Shown in pieces: positions 1 to 13,070 of a stretch of DNA of 59,949 bases. Location: the NCBI GenBank assembly GCA_045837725.1, contig JBEWZL010000179.1:682001-741949 (forward strand), in the 5' to 3' direction. The position numbers and the translations under genes are program-made. Numbering within the stretch: the stretch's first letter is position 1; each line of letters opens with the position of its first letter. The notes below the pieces were generated by a model that saw only the letters and a program-made list of their open reading frames with translations, was not told where the DNA came from and searched no databases. Source of the stretch: Vermamoeba vermiformis (taxonomy: Eukaryota).

Positions 1-56
1 CTCTATAATTAATTTTTGAAAGTTTTACGCCGTTCACATTTTGACACTTTTGACAG

Positions 57-3000
57 GTCCGTGTCCTCCAGGCTTCAATGACATCTACAGCAACGGCACA
101 CTATGCGAAGGTAAATACTATAATGTATCATCTTTTGGTCCTAGTAATAATACTGTAGTACATTAGATATCGACGAATGTGCAGATCCAACGCTCAATAA
201 TTGTGCGTCGTTGGGATTAAATTGCACAAATTTGCCGGGGAGATTTCAATGCACGGACTGCGAGGTTGGCAGCTACAGACCCACCCCGGGCTTGCAATGC
301 AGATTTCAGTCGTGTGGCAATGGCAAGTGGGACGACAAAGAGGAGTGTGACGGTGGACTCGGCTGCTTTGCGAATAATTGCACTTGTTCGCCGCTGTGGG
401 AACCTACTGTCCCGCGCTCACCTGACTGTCAACGACGTAAGAAAATTCTTGCAACACTTCATACAAACCTTTACGACTTTCCAAATTTGGAATTAATTGC
501 TCTATTGCTTTGAAGAGAGGCGTTTCCTAATTTGGTCATATCCTTTAGGTTGCGGAAATCTGAGACTGGATCTGCCCGAAGAACAATGCGACGGCGGTGA
601 AGGCTGTCGAGCAGAGCTGTGCATTTGCAACACTGGTCGCGGCTATCAGCCCATCAATTCAACTTCGTGTGGCTTCAGTAAGTGATGCACACCATTGTTT
701 TCCTATTGTCATTGCTACTTGCAAATGATTTTTTGCATATGACACGTGTCACATATCGAATGACTCAATCATCTATGTTATGATGAATTACTTATTGTGA
801 ATTGTGTTGTAGGACTGACAGACCCCGAAGATATTTTGTGTGCTCGGCTTTCAGGCAATGGCTGCGAAGAATGCACGCAATTCAACTGCATTTGGTGTCC
901 GAACGAAGAAATCTCTTGCGTGCCCAGATCGAGACCCACTGGTGGTTGCACAAGTACGTACAATGAAAATAAATTTATTCTATCCATTGATTTTTTAGAT
1001 AAAATGAGGTGCATTAATAGTGAAATTTTACTATAAATTCCAATAATCGTGCTAAATGATATTAATTTTTTGTAATTATCAGCCACGTGCAATGGTGCCA
1101 TCGTAAATCCACCAGCTGATGACGTGGCAACTGAAAGTCTGAACAAAATCATTTTGATTATTTCACTAGTCGGTGCAGCGGTGATTGTCGTTGCAGGCAT
1201 TGGCATTGGTGTGCTGATCATTTATCGACGAAGAAAACGATTGAAACGATTGGAGGAAGAGCGATTACTCGATTTGGAACGGAAACGTATGGCTGCTGTT
1301 TCCAAATATGGAATTGCTCGGTCAGAAGTTGGTCAAACTACCGCTGGTGAATGGAACCCGCCAAATGATTCTACGTACGAAATTTCATTTTTTATTAATT
1401 AAACGCTAATTTTTTGCGACAGGCTAATCTTGGTCGAACAATTGCCGTTCACGGTAAGTAAAATGACTTTCCTAATTTGGTAGCACGAAGTTGATGAATG
1501 TTTTTCAGATGTCCAAAGCGGTGTTTGATTTTAACAACGGAGAAAATCAGTTCAAAGTCAATTCACTTTACGTTGACCGCGTCACAATCTCGCTCAAAGA
1601 TAAAGTCCCAAAACCACCGAAAAAACACAAGAAAATGGACGAAGACAAAATTCCGCTGGTCACGCAGACTGAACACAAGAAACGGTCCGGCGAGGCTGAT
1701 GAAGTTCATTTTGTCTTTCACAACGTCGACTCGCACAAATATCGCTTGGAATTTATGCCGAATTCGGGCTACTTAAAGAAGGTACAGTACAGCATGATTA
1801 AGCGCATATATTGTTGACACGTGTCAAAATACGAGCACGTGGATATCATTTACAATGGCCTAACGGCACACTTGCGATATTTTAACGTGTCAAAGTGTCA
1901 TAATGTCAAACTCATACTAATGTTTTTTTGTTCATTAGGGCAAAGACCTTGATATCACAGTGACTATGGAAGTTAAAATGACCACTGAAGTCGAGATAGT
2001 GGCTGGCATAGAACTGCCGGACTATCACCAGCATTCGTTTGTCATGTCACCAATCACAAGCGAGTTATCGTCCTTCATCGACTTGGACGAAATTGAGCTG
2101 GACTCGCGCAAGCCTCTAGGCGACGGCGCCTTTGGAATTGTGTACAAAGGAATGGTAAGTACGACGTAGCATTAATATCAGAGGGCTAACAAAGTGTTGC
2201 GTAACAGTACCGCGGTCAAGATGTCGCTGTCAAAATTTTGAAGATGCAAGATATGCCTGAAGAAATGCTCGATGAATTTGATCGTGAAATCGATCTAATG
2301 AACAAACTAAGGCATAAAAATATTGGTACGTGAATTTGGTTTCGTTTGCCCAATGACATTTTTTTGCTGACCGTTGATTAGTGCAATTTATTGGTGCCTC
2401 CAAAGTCGTAGGAAAACTCGCCATAGTTACGGAGTTTATTGAGTTCGGCAACTGCCATCACGTAAGTCACAAGAGAATCTGCAAATCATTCATGAAACAA
2501 CTCTAACCCCTGCCCAATCAGCTGTTGCACCAATCATCGAAACCGCTCGAGTTCGATTTCAAAGTTAAAATCGCGTTAGATGCAGCACGTGCCATCAGAT
2601 TTCTTCACCAAAACAATATCCTGCATCGCGATATCAAGCCTGATAACTTGCTGATTGTCTCGTTGGACACGCACGCTCCTGTTGCGGCCAAACTTACGGA
2701 CTTTGGTACATCACGAGCAGTCTCAAAACTGTCCAATCAGTACACGACTGGCATTGGCACGCCATCGTACATGGCTCCAGAGATATTGGCAAAGAAGCCT
2801 TATGACACCAAGGCTGATGTTTATAGGTACGACGAGCGGATCAGATCTGATCTGCAAACCTTTCGCTAACGATTCCTATTCAGTTTCGGCATATTATTAT
2901 GGTCTCTATATACTCAAAAAGAGCCTTATCTTTGGATCGAGCACAGCTGGGAAGTCGCGCAATTCGTTCTGCAAGGCAAAAGAGAAATCATTCCCGCTGA

Positions 3001-3133
3001 TTGTCCGGCACTCTACGCGCAGTTAATTGCACAGTGTTGGGCTCAAGACCCTGAACAACGACCAAATATGGAAAGCGTTATCAGCACTTTGGAGAACATC
3101 GTCAAGCTATCAAAATTTTGGACGGGCATGTAA
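57..3133 (+). CDS. Transmembrane receptor kinase (TKL group, Entamoeba TMK-like) with Ca-EGF and CGNG-x-EECD cysteine-rich repeats; 5'-partial, multi-exon
   Basis: Exons give DIDECADPTLNNC (EGF), CGNGKWDDKEECD and CGNLRLD..EQCD repeats, a TM helix IILIISLVGAAVIVVAGIGIGVLII followed by YRRRK, and kinase motifs LGDGAFGIVY, VAVK, HRDIKPDNLL, DFG and GTPSYMAPE. Stop TAA at 3131-3133. Confidence 0.9.
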
Positions 3134-3190
3134 AATTGGCGTAAAGATCTTTAACCGAAACTTTTTCTGAAGCTTTAAAATAACACCACA

Positions 3191-6100
3191 ATGCTCGCCC
3201 AAGGTTTAACCCTTGTTTTTCGGAGAGTGAAGAATTTACACAGGCCAAGAAGCTGCGCCAATCTTGCAAGCAAAGTCGAATCTGATCTTGGGACGAAATT
3301 TTCCTCTTTTCTTTTAAACCAACGTAGAGGTACGTAGCATACGTGAAATATTTATTACGACGCGACCTTTCTTCCAGCAATTTATTGTAGCAATCCGATC
3401 CGAATCTGACGGTCAAACTCCAAATAACTTTAAATTTATTTAGGATATGCGAAGAGGGTCCAAACCAAACTAACGAATCAAAAGGAAGCTCCTCCTTTAG
3501 TGTTGCCACCGGGTAAGACCAGATTTGCACCTAAAATCAACGGATCCGTTATATTTTCCAGCAATACAAGTACAGCCATAAGAAGCAAAATATTCCGTGT
3601 ATAAATTGAAAGCTAATATTTTGTTCGATAGTTGAACCTGCAGCACGTGCGGTGATACCTGCAAACCGGCAATTCGTACCGTTTGAAGAGCGAACAGTTG
3701 CTTGGAAATTCAACGATCGATGCCAGCCAAATACACTTAAATTTCGCGTGGCTTATTACGGAATTGATAATTACAATGCTGTGACTTCGAGTCAATGGAG
3801 CATCGATGGCAGAGCGCCGATTATAGCACCTTTTTTTAACCGCGATGAAGTGCTGTTGGACATGTTGGGTGGTCTTTACTACAATGTAATGCAGCGTGGG
3901 ACATTTAAACCAAAATATTCTGTCCAAATGCTGACTCCCGGCTCTGGCAAGACACGAATGCTCACTGAGTGGGTCATGCAAGCATTTGCTAACAGAAAAG
4001 TCATTGATGGATTCTTGGCCAACACCACTGACACGCAAACGCGCCGAAAGTTCTTGAACACGTTGTATAGATCAGCGTACAAGCAGCACACAATTCTTTC
4101 GTATGGAAGATCATGGGTTGCCAAAAGTACGGAAGTGACGGATTTGCAGACAGGTATGTTTGACCAATCACATTCAGCTCAGTACTAACTTTGAATAGCT
4201 CTGGTCGACATAGTTATACGAACCATATTGAGTAGGCATTCAGGCCAGTCTATTGAATTTAAAGGCAGACTCATTCAAATCAATCCTGAGACTGCTAAAG
4301 AGTACTTTGGTCTCCACACTCATACTGGAGAGCCAGAGCTAACAAAACTGGTTGCACTGTTTGTGGCGATGGCTGACATCACTTATGAAGACCCTGAAGT
4401 GCTACCCTTCCCACAGGATGGTTTGCTTGAAGGCAAATGCAATGTATTCTTTTGTATTGATGAGTGCCAAGTACGTACATTATAAAGTGATTACAAATCT
4501 AATACATCACCAGACTTTCAGTGAAAGGTTTAAGAGCAAAAACAAAACAGATGGTTTGTATTTGCTGTTTAGAGATGTTGCTGCAAGAAACCAAGAGTTA
4601 ATGGAACAGAATGGAATATCTCCTTTTTGGTTTGCAGTGGGCACACATCTACCTGGCAGATTCTTTGACATTGAAGGCAATCAATCTCAATTTGACATTA
4701 TTGTTCCCTCTCTCAGCAATCTATTGGATGTCAAGTACTTGGTGCAAATATGCAAACAGTACCTCCACTACAAGTTGCCTTCAGAATACTGCAAAGATGA
4801 CACTAGGTATGAGCATAAGTCACTTTTTTTGCTTTACTTAGTACTAAAGGATTCTTCAGTACTCTACCTGAGCTTCCCAATGCTGTGGCCAAGGCACTTG
4901 TTCGTAATTACCTTAAAACTTTTGGCAACCCTCGAGCAGTTGAACGGCTTATCTTTGCAGCACTTACACATCTCAGCACTATACCTGAGTTAACAAGTCA
5001 TGACCTTCGGAAAAGAATTGACAGGTTTGATAAGCAGCTTGATCAAGAGCTGCTCACCATCTTTGCCCCAACAACTCTCACAGGACCCCAGAAGGACATT
5101 GCCAAGCTTAGTATTGCAGCTGCTTTTTGCTGTGACCTGGCATATGACAACCCAATTCGTGGCCTAAAAGTTGCACCAAAGGCTTTGGTCTCTTCTGGTT
5201 ACCTCTCAGTTTGGAGAAGAGAACAACCAAGTAATCCAACAGATGGTTTAGCAAAGTACCATTTCACTCATCCATTCTTCACTTTCACTGCTGCTGAGAT
5301 GGAAAAAGAAATTTTGCAGAGCCAAGTCCAGGAGAGTGAGTATTGGACTCCATACCACATCTCTTTAGCATCTCTGGTGCTGAAAAAAGAATGTGCAGAT
5401 TATTTGATGACACAGATGAAAGGTGAAAGCTTTGAAAAAACTGTGGCTAGCTCATTATATGCTAGATATGTGATGGCATTGAAGAAGCGCAAAGGTATTG
5501 TTAAATTGTTCATTCTTCATTCAACTGACACCAATTTCAGATTTGCTGTTAAGTGACATATTTCCTGCAAAGAATATACCTGCTTTTCTTAGCAACGTCA
5601 TGGTAAGGATTTTCTGCCGGTTGCTACATTTACAAGTTTTTTTCAGGTGAAACTCAATGGAGTTGTCAAATTAAAAAAACATGCCTCCAGTAACTCAAGA
5701 CTGGTGCATGATGCAATAAAGGAGCATAAAGTAGTTGCCATAGATGTTGGAAACTCAAAGATTGCAGATGTGTTACTGCCAATTACAATACCAGGATCAG
5801 AGTGGCAGGTAATTGTTGGTTTTCAATGCAACAAGTACGCTGGAAAAGTAAGTCGCTACTCAAACAAACAACTTACTTAACTATTACAAAATCCTCCCCT
5901 ACAAGACTATTTGAGCAATTGCAAGACATCTCTGAGTCGTGGGGTTTTCTTTGTGGGCATTGCACCTGTCCAACATGCTAATAAGAAGGTAAGCTAGCAT
6001 TAGTCTTTTGATTTTCTAACCAGTATCAACAGTTCATTTCTCAACTCTCTAATGATGAAAGAAGCCATGCTTTTCTTGCTGAAGCAAGTGAGCTAGTCTC

Positions 6101-6239
6101 TCCATTATACTTAGTAGGAATGAGTTTTGTCCCACAAAACCCAGCACCCCTGCCAAAAGTGCAAATATCATGTCTGGAAAAAAACTCACCATCACAGATT
6201 GAGACCCCTGCTGATTATACCAAAGATCACAGGTCTTGA
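3191..6239 (+). CDS. P-loop NTPase plus C-terminal PD-(D/E)XK-like domain (Crinkler/CR-effector-like), with predicted mitochondrial presequence; about 9 exons, possibly pseudogenised
   Basis: Spliced reconstruction: MLAQGLTLVFRRVKNLHRPRS...NQRRGYAK, Walker A TPGSGKT, Walker B FFCIDECQ, GNPR motif, then GESFEKTVA...ADVLLP...VGFQCNK. The acceptor needed at 5888-5889 reads AA rather than AG. Confidence 0.65.
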
Positions 6240-6435
6240 GCCAGCAGTGCTTGTGCATCTGTCAGGCGTTGACTTAACCAAATGTTACAACTTTTGAAAT
6301 AAACAAGTATTTACTACGGAAATTTGAAGCACCCTCACTGTTAGTCTATCAGTCTAGACCATGGTGCTAAAACAACATTTGACTTGTACTGACTACTTCA
6401 GAGTCTACACGAGTCTTGGGCCTACTTAAGCCAAT

Positions 6436-9167
6436 TCATCTGTTCAACAGCTCGCTAAACGTCATTACACTTTAATAGGAAAGTTGTACTTCTGTGCGAG
6501 CTCTTCAAGCTTGCTCGTCTCGAATTGACCGTGTTGTGCTAAGAAGGTAAACACTGCAAAACTGGCTTTGATCACTCGCGGATCTCGCTTCAACAAATGG
6601 TCGACAATTGCGTTGGCCTTAAATAGTTCTAACAAGGTCCTAACAAAAACAATGTAAGTATATAACAATTAGCTCGGACTTAGAGAGGTCGTGCTTACTT
6701 GATGCTCATGCCTCGCGCTTCGCTGCTATGTTTAACGCCAAGTTTCCAGAACTGGCGCTTCATTTTCTTCTTCTGCTCTTCGCGCGATGAGACTGCAGCG
6801 AGAATTTTCAACAAAAACTTGACGCTGGCTATTTGATTTTTCAACTTCGGCGAGAAAAAATTGTCTTTCCAAACTTGGAAGTTGTACATATCGAACGACT
6901 CCTGTAATAAAGAATCATATGTTAGTATATAATAGATATGATAAAGGTATCGGCTTAACCTACTTGAATCGTTTGTTGGGACCAATGCTGCGCTAGTATG
7001 TTCTGCAACATGCCTCCAACGTTCTGGTAATGCAGTCGTTGGCTGCGTGATAATTTTTGACCGGCATGGACACTCAAATAATTAAATACATTCGTGCTTA
7101 ATAGAGGCAAATAAGACTTTGCAAATCTGCTCGACAAAGTGTCGCTGATCTAAAAATAGTAACATTAGCCCTTTTCTGACACGTGTCATCATGGAGTATT
7201 ATACGTACATGACGTAACGGCGTCAAAATAGCAGCCACAATGCTCAAATTCATCGGTGGCAAGGACTTGATGAAGCTGAGAATAAGATCGAAGCCGCCGA
7301 GCTTGCCAAAGTAATTGACATTGGCCAAGTACAACTCGGTGCCTTCTTTGCACGTGGACAGCATTACTTTCCGCGTGCCTTTCTTCAGCTTCTGTTTCAT
7401 GAAAACGACATTAGTACTAATATCAAACATTACGCACATGGTAAGTGTCAAATTGAAGACTACGTCAAGTGACACGTGTCAAACTTACTTTGACAGTAAA
7501 TCGTTTTTCGTTGCTGTCGCCGATCTGCCTCAATCGTTCATTTTGCACGAACGGGTCTTCGTCCTTGACTTTGCCAGGCCGCATGTAATAGAACGGCATG
7601 TTGGGGCTGAAGATCTTGTTCATCAATTGCAACAAAAACATCAACGAGCCACAATTGTACGATTGATTTTTGTCGCTCGAATCGACTGACGTGCGGTCCC
7701 GTCGCATTTGATCGCGTGAAAAAATATCAGGGCGAGTATGTGATCGTTGTTTGTCGTATTTGTGGCCATTGGAATCTTCGGGCTTGTCTCCGAATATAGA
7801 TTTAGGACTGTTTCGTGCTGAATCTAGTTGATTTGACGACAGATCGTATTTGTGCAAATAAAACACGATCAATTCGATGACGCGTTGCAACACCTTGTTC
7901 ACGCCCATTTTCAATGCTCGAGAAGTGAATTGACTACGAAATAATGGTGCCATTAGTAACGAGGTGCTATTTATAGTCACTTGCATAGATTGAATTTACA
8001 CGACATTTCGTAGTGAGTATCAAATCTTGCAAAAAAATGTATGCAATGATTTAACCGAAGAAATTTATCATGATTTGGTACGAAATAAAATTTGTTATAT
8101 AACTTACGTCTCTACGAGAAGGTCTTGGATCTTCTTGGGCAATATCATACGTATAAACATACTAGTATTAATTTTCGGGCCGAATCGGTTGGCCATAACC
8201 GCACGGATGCACTTTCGAATGAGCGACAAGTAACGCGCATCTGTCAATTAAAACACCAAGCATTAGCGAATTATAATTAAATAACCGACAAATCGAATTG
8301 ATACGCGCTTAAAGAATCGAAATTGAATTAAATTGTCGTTAGTTCTACCGAAATTTCGTAACACATCGCGTTTTTTCTGTGATTTTCAATAAATAACGAT
8401 AGCGTCTGTAATTAAAGATTTAATTGAATTGCGGACTGAATTGAATATCTTAAGCGAATCTATCCCACTAAATCTTGCCGATTTGGTTAAATAAAATATG
8501 AAACTTACCGAGATCTGCCGCTAAAGTTTGATCCGAAAATAATAGATAGTGATAAGAACACGTCTGTAGGTATTTGATTATGACCCTATAAAAATAATGC
8601 AAATTAGAGCTGAACCACACTTGCACAAGACTCGGAAAATAAAAACTTCGCTTGGGATCAATTACAAGCGATAAGATTTCGAGGGCAAATACCGCAGTTG
8701 TACTATATAATTATAGTGCTCGTATTGCTAATGATATACTACGGATAAAGTAATTTCACCGATTTTCCGTGAGGATCCGTTTTATAATCGCGCATGCCAG
8801 CTGCAATTTACCTCTTCATATAAGCCTCGCGCCATGAAATAGATATGTTTTGTTCTATAACGGGCAAGAACTTCTCGTATTCGAATGACATGATGAAAAT
8901 ACGACGCCAGAGATTATCTGTAAAAATTATCAATAATCAACGAATATTCTACCGGAGAGGAATATTAAAATCATGAATAAAATGGAATAATTATTCATTT
9001 TTTTATAATTCAGCTTCTGACAATTATCAAAATTAAATACCTGCCCCGGCGTTGATCTTCCATTCGTGAGAAACTTGGCAGCATCGCTGAAGGTCTAAAG
9101 GCTTTAATAATCCAAATATCATAGCCCAGATCTCGCGGGGTATCGTTGGGATAGTTGTAGCTTGCAT
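6436..9167 (-). CDS. F-box protein with a USP9X/USP24/USP34-like N-terminal-type helical (ARM) region and no USP catalytic domain; multi-exon
   Basis: Exon 1 (9167-9041), not in the ORF track, reads MQATTIPTIPREIWAMIFGLLKPLDLQRCCQVSHEWK (F-box); the next exon has DNLWRRIF..SWREAY. Later exons NYFGKLGGFDLI, FFSPKLKNQIASVKFL and ANAIVDHLL..VFTFLAQHG resemble USP9X-family N-terminal segments as I recall them. The stop is at 6465, or 6436 if a last intron is spliced. Confidence 0.7.
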
Positions 9168-9474
9168 CTTCTAATGATTGCAATACAGCACTTGCTAGTT
9201 ACATTCACGTATTATAGTGGTAAAATATAATAATTGAATTAAATGACTTGTGTGTGTCAGTTATTCGTGAGTAATTTAATTATGCCAAGAGACAGACAAT
9301 TTTTATTTCTCGGCGAATTTCGACGAAATCTCACCACTTAAATTTTTTACTGTGGAGTTCTCTGCCAAGGTGTAGAAATAAATAGTTAAGAGGTCTTATG
9401 TGAACATAAATAATTTATATATGATTACATGAAAACTCGATCCAGGATCAAGATCGATTTCGTACTCGGACGAA

Positions 9475-11510
9475 TTATTGAGCAGTAGGATTGGCAAGGT
9501 TAACTTGGCCAAGACCGCAAGCAGTACCGCACGAATCATAAGGCAAGACATCAGGAACGATGTTGACTTCAGTGGTGACCTTGAACTCGCGCTTCTCGCC
9601 CATTCTGCCGTTCTCGGTGACCTCGTAAGTGAATTCGAGGAAGAACAAGCCCCAACCTTGAGCAGGAGCCGTGCGAGAGGCAGTGTAGATAGCACCGTAT
9701 TGAGGGGTCACTTCAGTGGCGTTCCACTTGAGACCTTGGTAGCAACCAGCTCCAGTAGCGGTGACGCAAGCGAACAAACGGAAGTCACGTTGAGTGGTGC
9801 TGATAGTGTTGGTGGAGTACATGACGACCTTCTTAGGTTGAGTGCCAGAAACAGCAATAATAGAAGCGTCGTCAGTACGAGATGTGGTCTTAACCAAGTT
9901 CCAGTTCAAGTCACGAGGACCGCGCAAGTTATCAACAGCCAAGTGGAAGAAGGTGTCGATGGAGACGAGGACATCAGTCAAGTTGAAGGTCAAATGGAAA
10001 GCATGATCTGCTGCAGGCAAAATGCGCAAGTACTTCTCGCCGCGGAGGTCTTGGAAGAAGAAGTTGGCAGCGTCGGGTTGGAAGAACTCGTCTTGAGATG
10101 AAGCAATAACATAAGTAGGCTTAGGAGTGAACTTGTTGTTGTAGTTGATCGGATCGATCAAAGCAGCCAACGCGTCGAAAGCAGGAGTGTTGAAGAAGTT
10201 CATATTGCCGGCAAGGAACTGAACGAAGCATATCAATATATATACTACCCTAAACAAATAATTAAATAAGTTACTTACGTAGTCAGCGAAAGTCCAACTC
10301 CAACCGCCTAGGGATCTAAAGGCGGAGTTGAGGTTAGGAGTGATGTTGAGGATGGGCATGACGATGGGGATGAAGGCCTCGACACGCTTGTCAATACCAG
10401 CGGCCAACCAAGTGGTCCAGCCTCTCTTAGAAGCACCGCACATAACGAAAGACTTGACTTGAGGGATGTCGAGAGTTTCAACAAAGTCTTGAATAGCGTC
10501 CCTAAAGCATTCGTTAATACAATAATAATAAAAACGATAAGATATGATTCGCTTACATAGCACGAATGGCAGATTTGACTTGGGGGAATTGCAAGATCCA
10601 GCTAGGATCGGAGGTTGACGGGTTTTGCAAAAAGTGTTGCCAAGTGTAAGCGATGATGCCGTCCTCGGTCTTAGCAGTTTGAGTAGGGTCATCGGCAAAG
10701 ACGATGGGTTGGTTAGGGACTTGCTCGAGTTCTGCAATTATTACGTAAAAATAATGCCGGATCACGCGAGATATCTTTTAATTAATTCGGAAGAAGCCGT
10801 AACACCGTTCAGTGAACGAAGATACTTCCGAACATAATTTCGAAACCGTATCGAGAATAATGTCAGAATCAATAACTTACGGGCAGTAACAGCGTCAGTT
10901 CGTTGGCACAAGAAGTCTGTGACACCATCCACAGCGGTCGAGGTGAGATCTGCGTCAGTATTGCTGCCACCATCAATGTACAAGAAAGCGCTCTTGAACG
11001 AGACCTAATTACCGAATTCGGAAATTAGTTCTCCGCGCTCCGTTCCGTAAACGATTCGATTCACTTGAACTTACGGTATCGGGCACGCAAATAGTCAAGC
11101 GATGAGTCCAAACGGGCTTGGAGGACTCGGCAGAGGTCAACCAAGTTTGCGAGGTCAAGTTGAGGAACTGGAAAAGTATCGCGTGAGCCAGATTTACGGA
11201 TCACATAATTTACCAAAAGGTCCCATCGATGTCACATCAACAATTTGATCGAATGAATAATACTCTCCATTAGTGACTTTAAATGACGAGAGGACAACGC
11301 GGGCGTTGGAAATTTGGTATGAGATCCGAGTCTTGTTCGGTATGCACTTACGAAAGCGGTGTAAGAGCTGCCACGAACAGAGGCCATGGTGGTGAAGTCG
11401 TACGAGTAGTCGTTGTTGTTGATGTATTGCTCCAGAGGAGTACGCTTGGCAACGACACCGAGAACGACAACGGTGCAAAGTAGAAATACGAGGAGTGCTT
11501 TGGATGTCAT
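9475..11510 (-). CDS. Secreted PqaA / AprA-family protein (PhoPQ-activated pathogenicity-related, alpha/beta-hydrolase-like)
   Basis: Signal peptide MTSKALLVFLLCTVVVLGVVA. Family motifs LNLTSQTW, YIDGGSN, QVPNQPIVF, EDGIIAYTW, GASKRGWTTW and DEFFQPD. Confidence 0.9.
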
Positions 11511-13070
11511 TTTGAGGGGTACTGAGGTATCAATAAGTTGGATGTGGCTTATTGACGTGTGGTTGTGGGTTCGGGTTTGTTTTTGATTTAATCCAGCAAC
11601 AACACCCGTATTTATGCGTACTTGGCTCACAAGTCACGTTTTGTGATTCTAGATAAATTTTGTTATCTGAAATAGCCTTCTTGGACCTCCTACGAACTCT
11701 TGTCAGTAAACTCATATTACAGGCGTAGGCTTTACTTTGTTCGTGTAATATCTAAGCGGTCTGAGGCCTCTTGATGCAGATCCTGGCTCCGTGTCCCGTG
11801 ACGAGAATTAATTTTTATCTGGCAACGTAAAGAATAAAAACTTGGGAACCTGTCACTTATTAGTTTTTATCTCCTCGTGAGATTACGCGTACCTTAATAT
11901 AGCGTGCTTTGGTCTTGGCCTGGCTAGTTCAGTTTGGTTTGACACATCAATGGGACGCCGTCTTGGTCCTGATGTATAATTGCAAGGTTACCAAGAGTCG
12001 CGTAATTTTATACAGAGGCCTATACTTACTACTACTTATAAAGTCCTTGGAGAACTACAGTGTTACATTCGATGTCAGAACGACCGGAGATCCGGATGTT
12101 CTTGCGAGTCCACAATGGTAGTAATTAAAGTGAAAAATTGGGTTTTTTTTTTTTGGTATTTTTAATAAAAAAAAATCGCGATTACTTGCTTTGCAGAACG
12201 GACATTAATGCGGAGGCGAATTAGGCTGGAAGGCAGCTGCTGTTGTGCCTCGGGCAGCAGGACAAAACAAAGAACGACGAAGTAGGTTATTTTTAATAAT
12301 GACATTCGATAAGTTGCGTGAAAAGAGGTCGATCGCTTTGAGGGCGAGATGTCGCAACAGATTAAATTTGATTTAAAAGTAATCATAAAGAGAAACAAAT
12401 AATACGAATATTTTCTATATAATACTAATTCTAATTGATATTAAATAAGTCAAACGTACCAAACAAACCAACGGCTAATCCGGGATTGGATGAGGCTGCC
12501 AACTCATCGAGGCTGCTAATACGTCGAATTGCGAACACTTTTAAAAGATCTTGTGGCAATTTCGCAGCAGTTTTACGAAATTACTCTTGAAATGACCATC
12601 CGCGGATGTTGCAAAGTTAGACCAGTGTCGTTCCGTATAAGAAGGCAGTATTAATCAAGATAAGGTTGGCCAATATAAATACTATCACGGTAATATTGTA
12701 AATCTATTTGCTTCGCTGGCTAAATGTTCGGTGGAATTTTGACTTTTTATTTCAGACCCAACAGCAGAAACAAACGACGAAAGAGGAGCTGATCCGCAAG
12801 AACTCTAGCAAATAGACTTAGGATACCATTAAGTCACTTGTATATTTAACCCGTTCCTCCGCTAGAGTTATTTCGATCGTAACCACTGATCCAAATTATA
12901 ATTATTGTTTCAAATCGCTGTAAGTTCTTACTTGCGAATTATGTATTAAAATACAATAATATTAATAATATAATTATAATATGCGGATTAATTAAATTTG
13001 AATTGAAACACAAGACTGATCGAGTTTTCTAGCGTCTCGTAGGTAGATGTACTGCACTCACTTATAAACA

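Noticed and set aside
3134-6436. Terminal inverted repeats around the NTPase gene (AATTGGCGTAA vs AATTGGCTTAA) or a piggyBac-like TTAACCC at 3206
   Set aside because: Only a 10/11 match with no TSD. The TTAACCC lies inside coding exon 1 and has no matching right end.
9478-10101. Long antisense or alternative-frame ORFs (also 35470-36147, 22648-23058, 23219-23797, 28303-28584)
   Set aside because: These are shadows of codon-biased real genes on the opposite strand or in another frame.
11690-12305. Possible small secreted-protein gene on minus (MSLLKITYFVVLCFVLL...)
   Set aside because: The first exon looks plausible, but downstream exons could not be joined without stops or non-canonical sites; at best a fragment.
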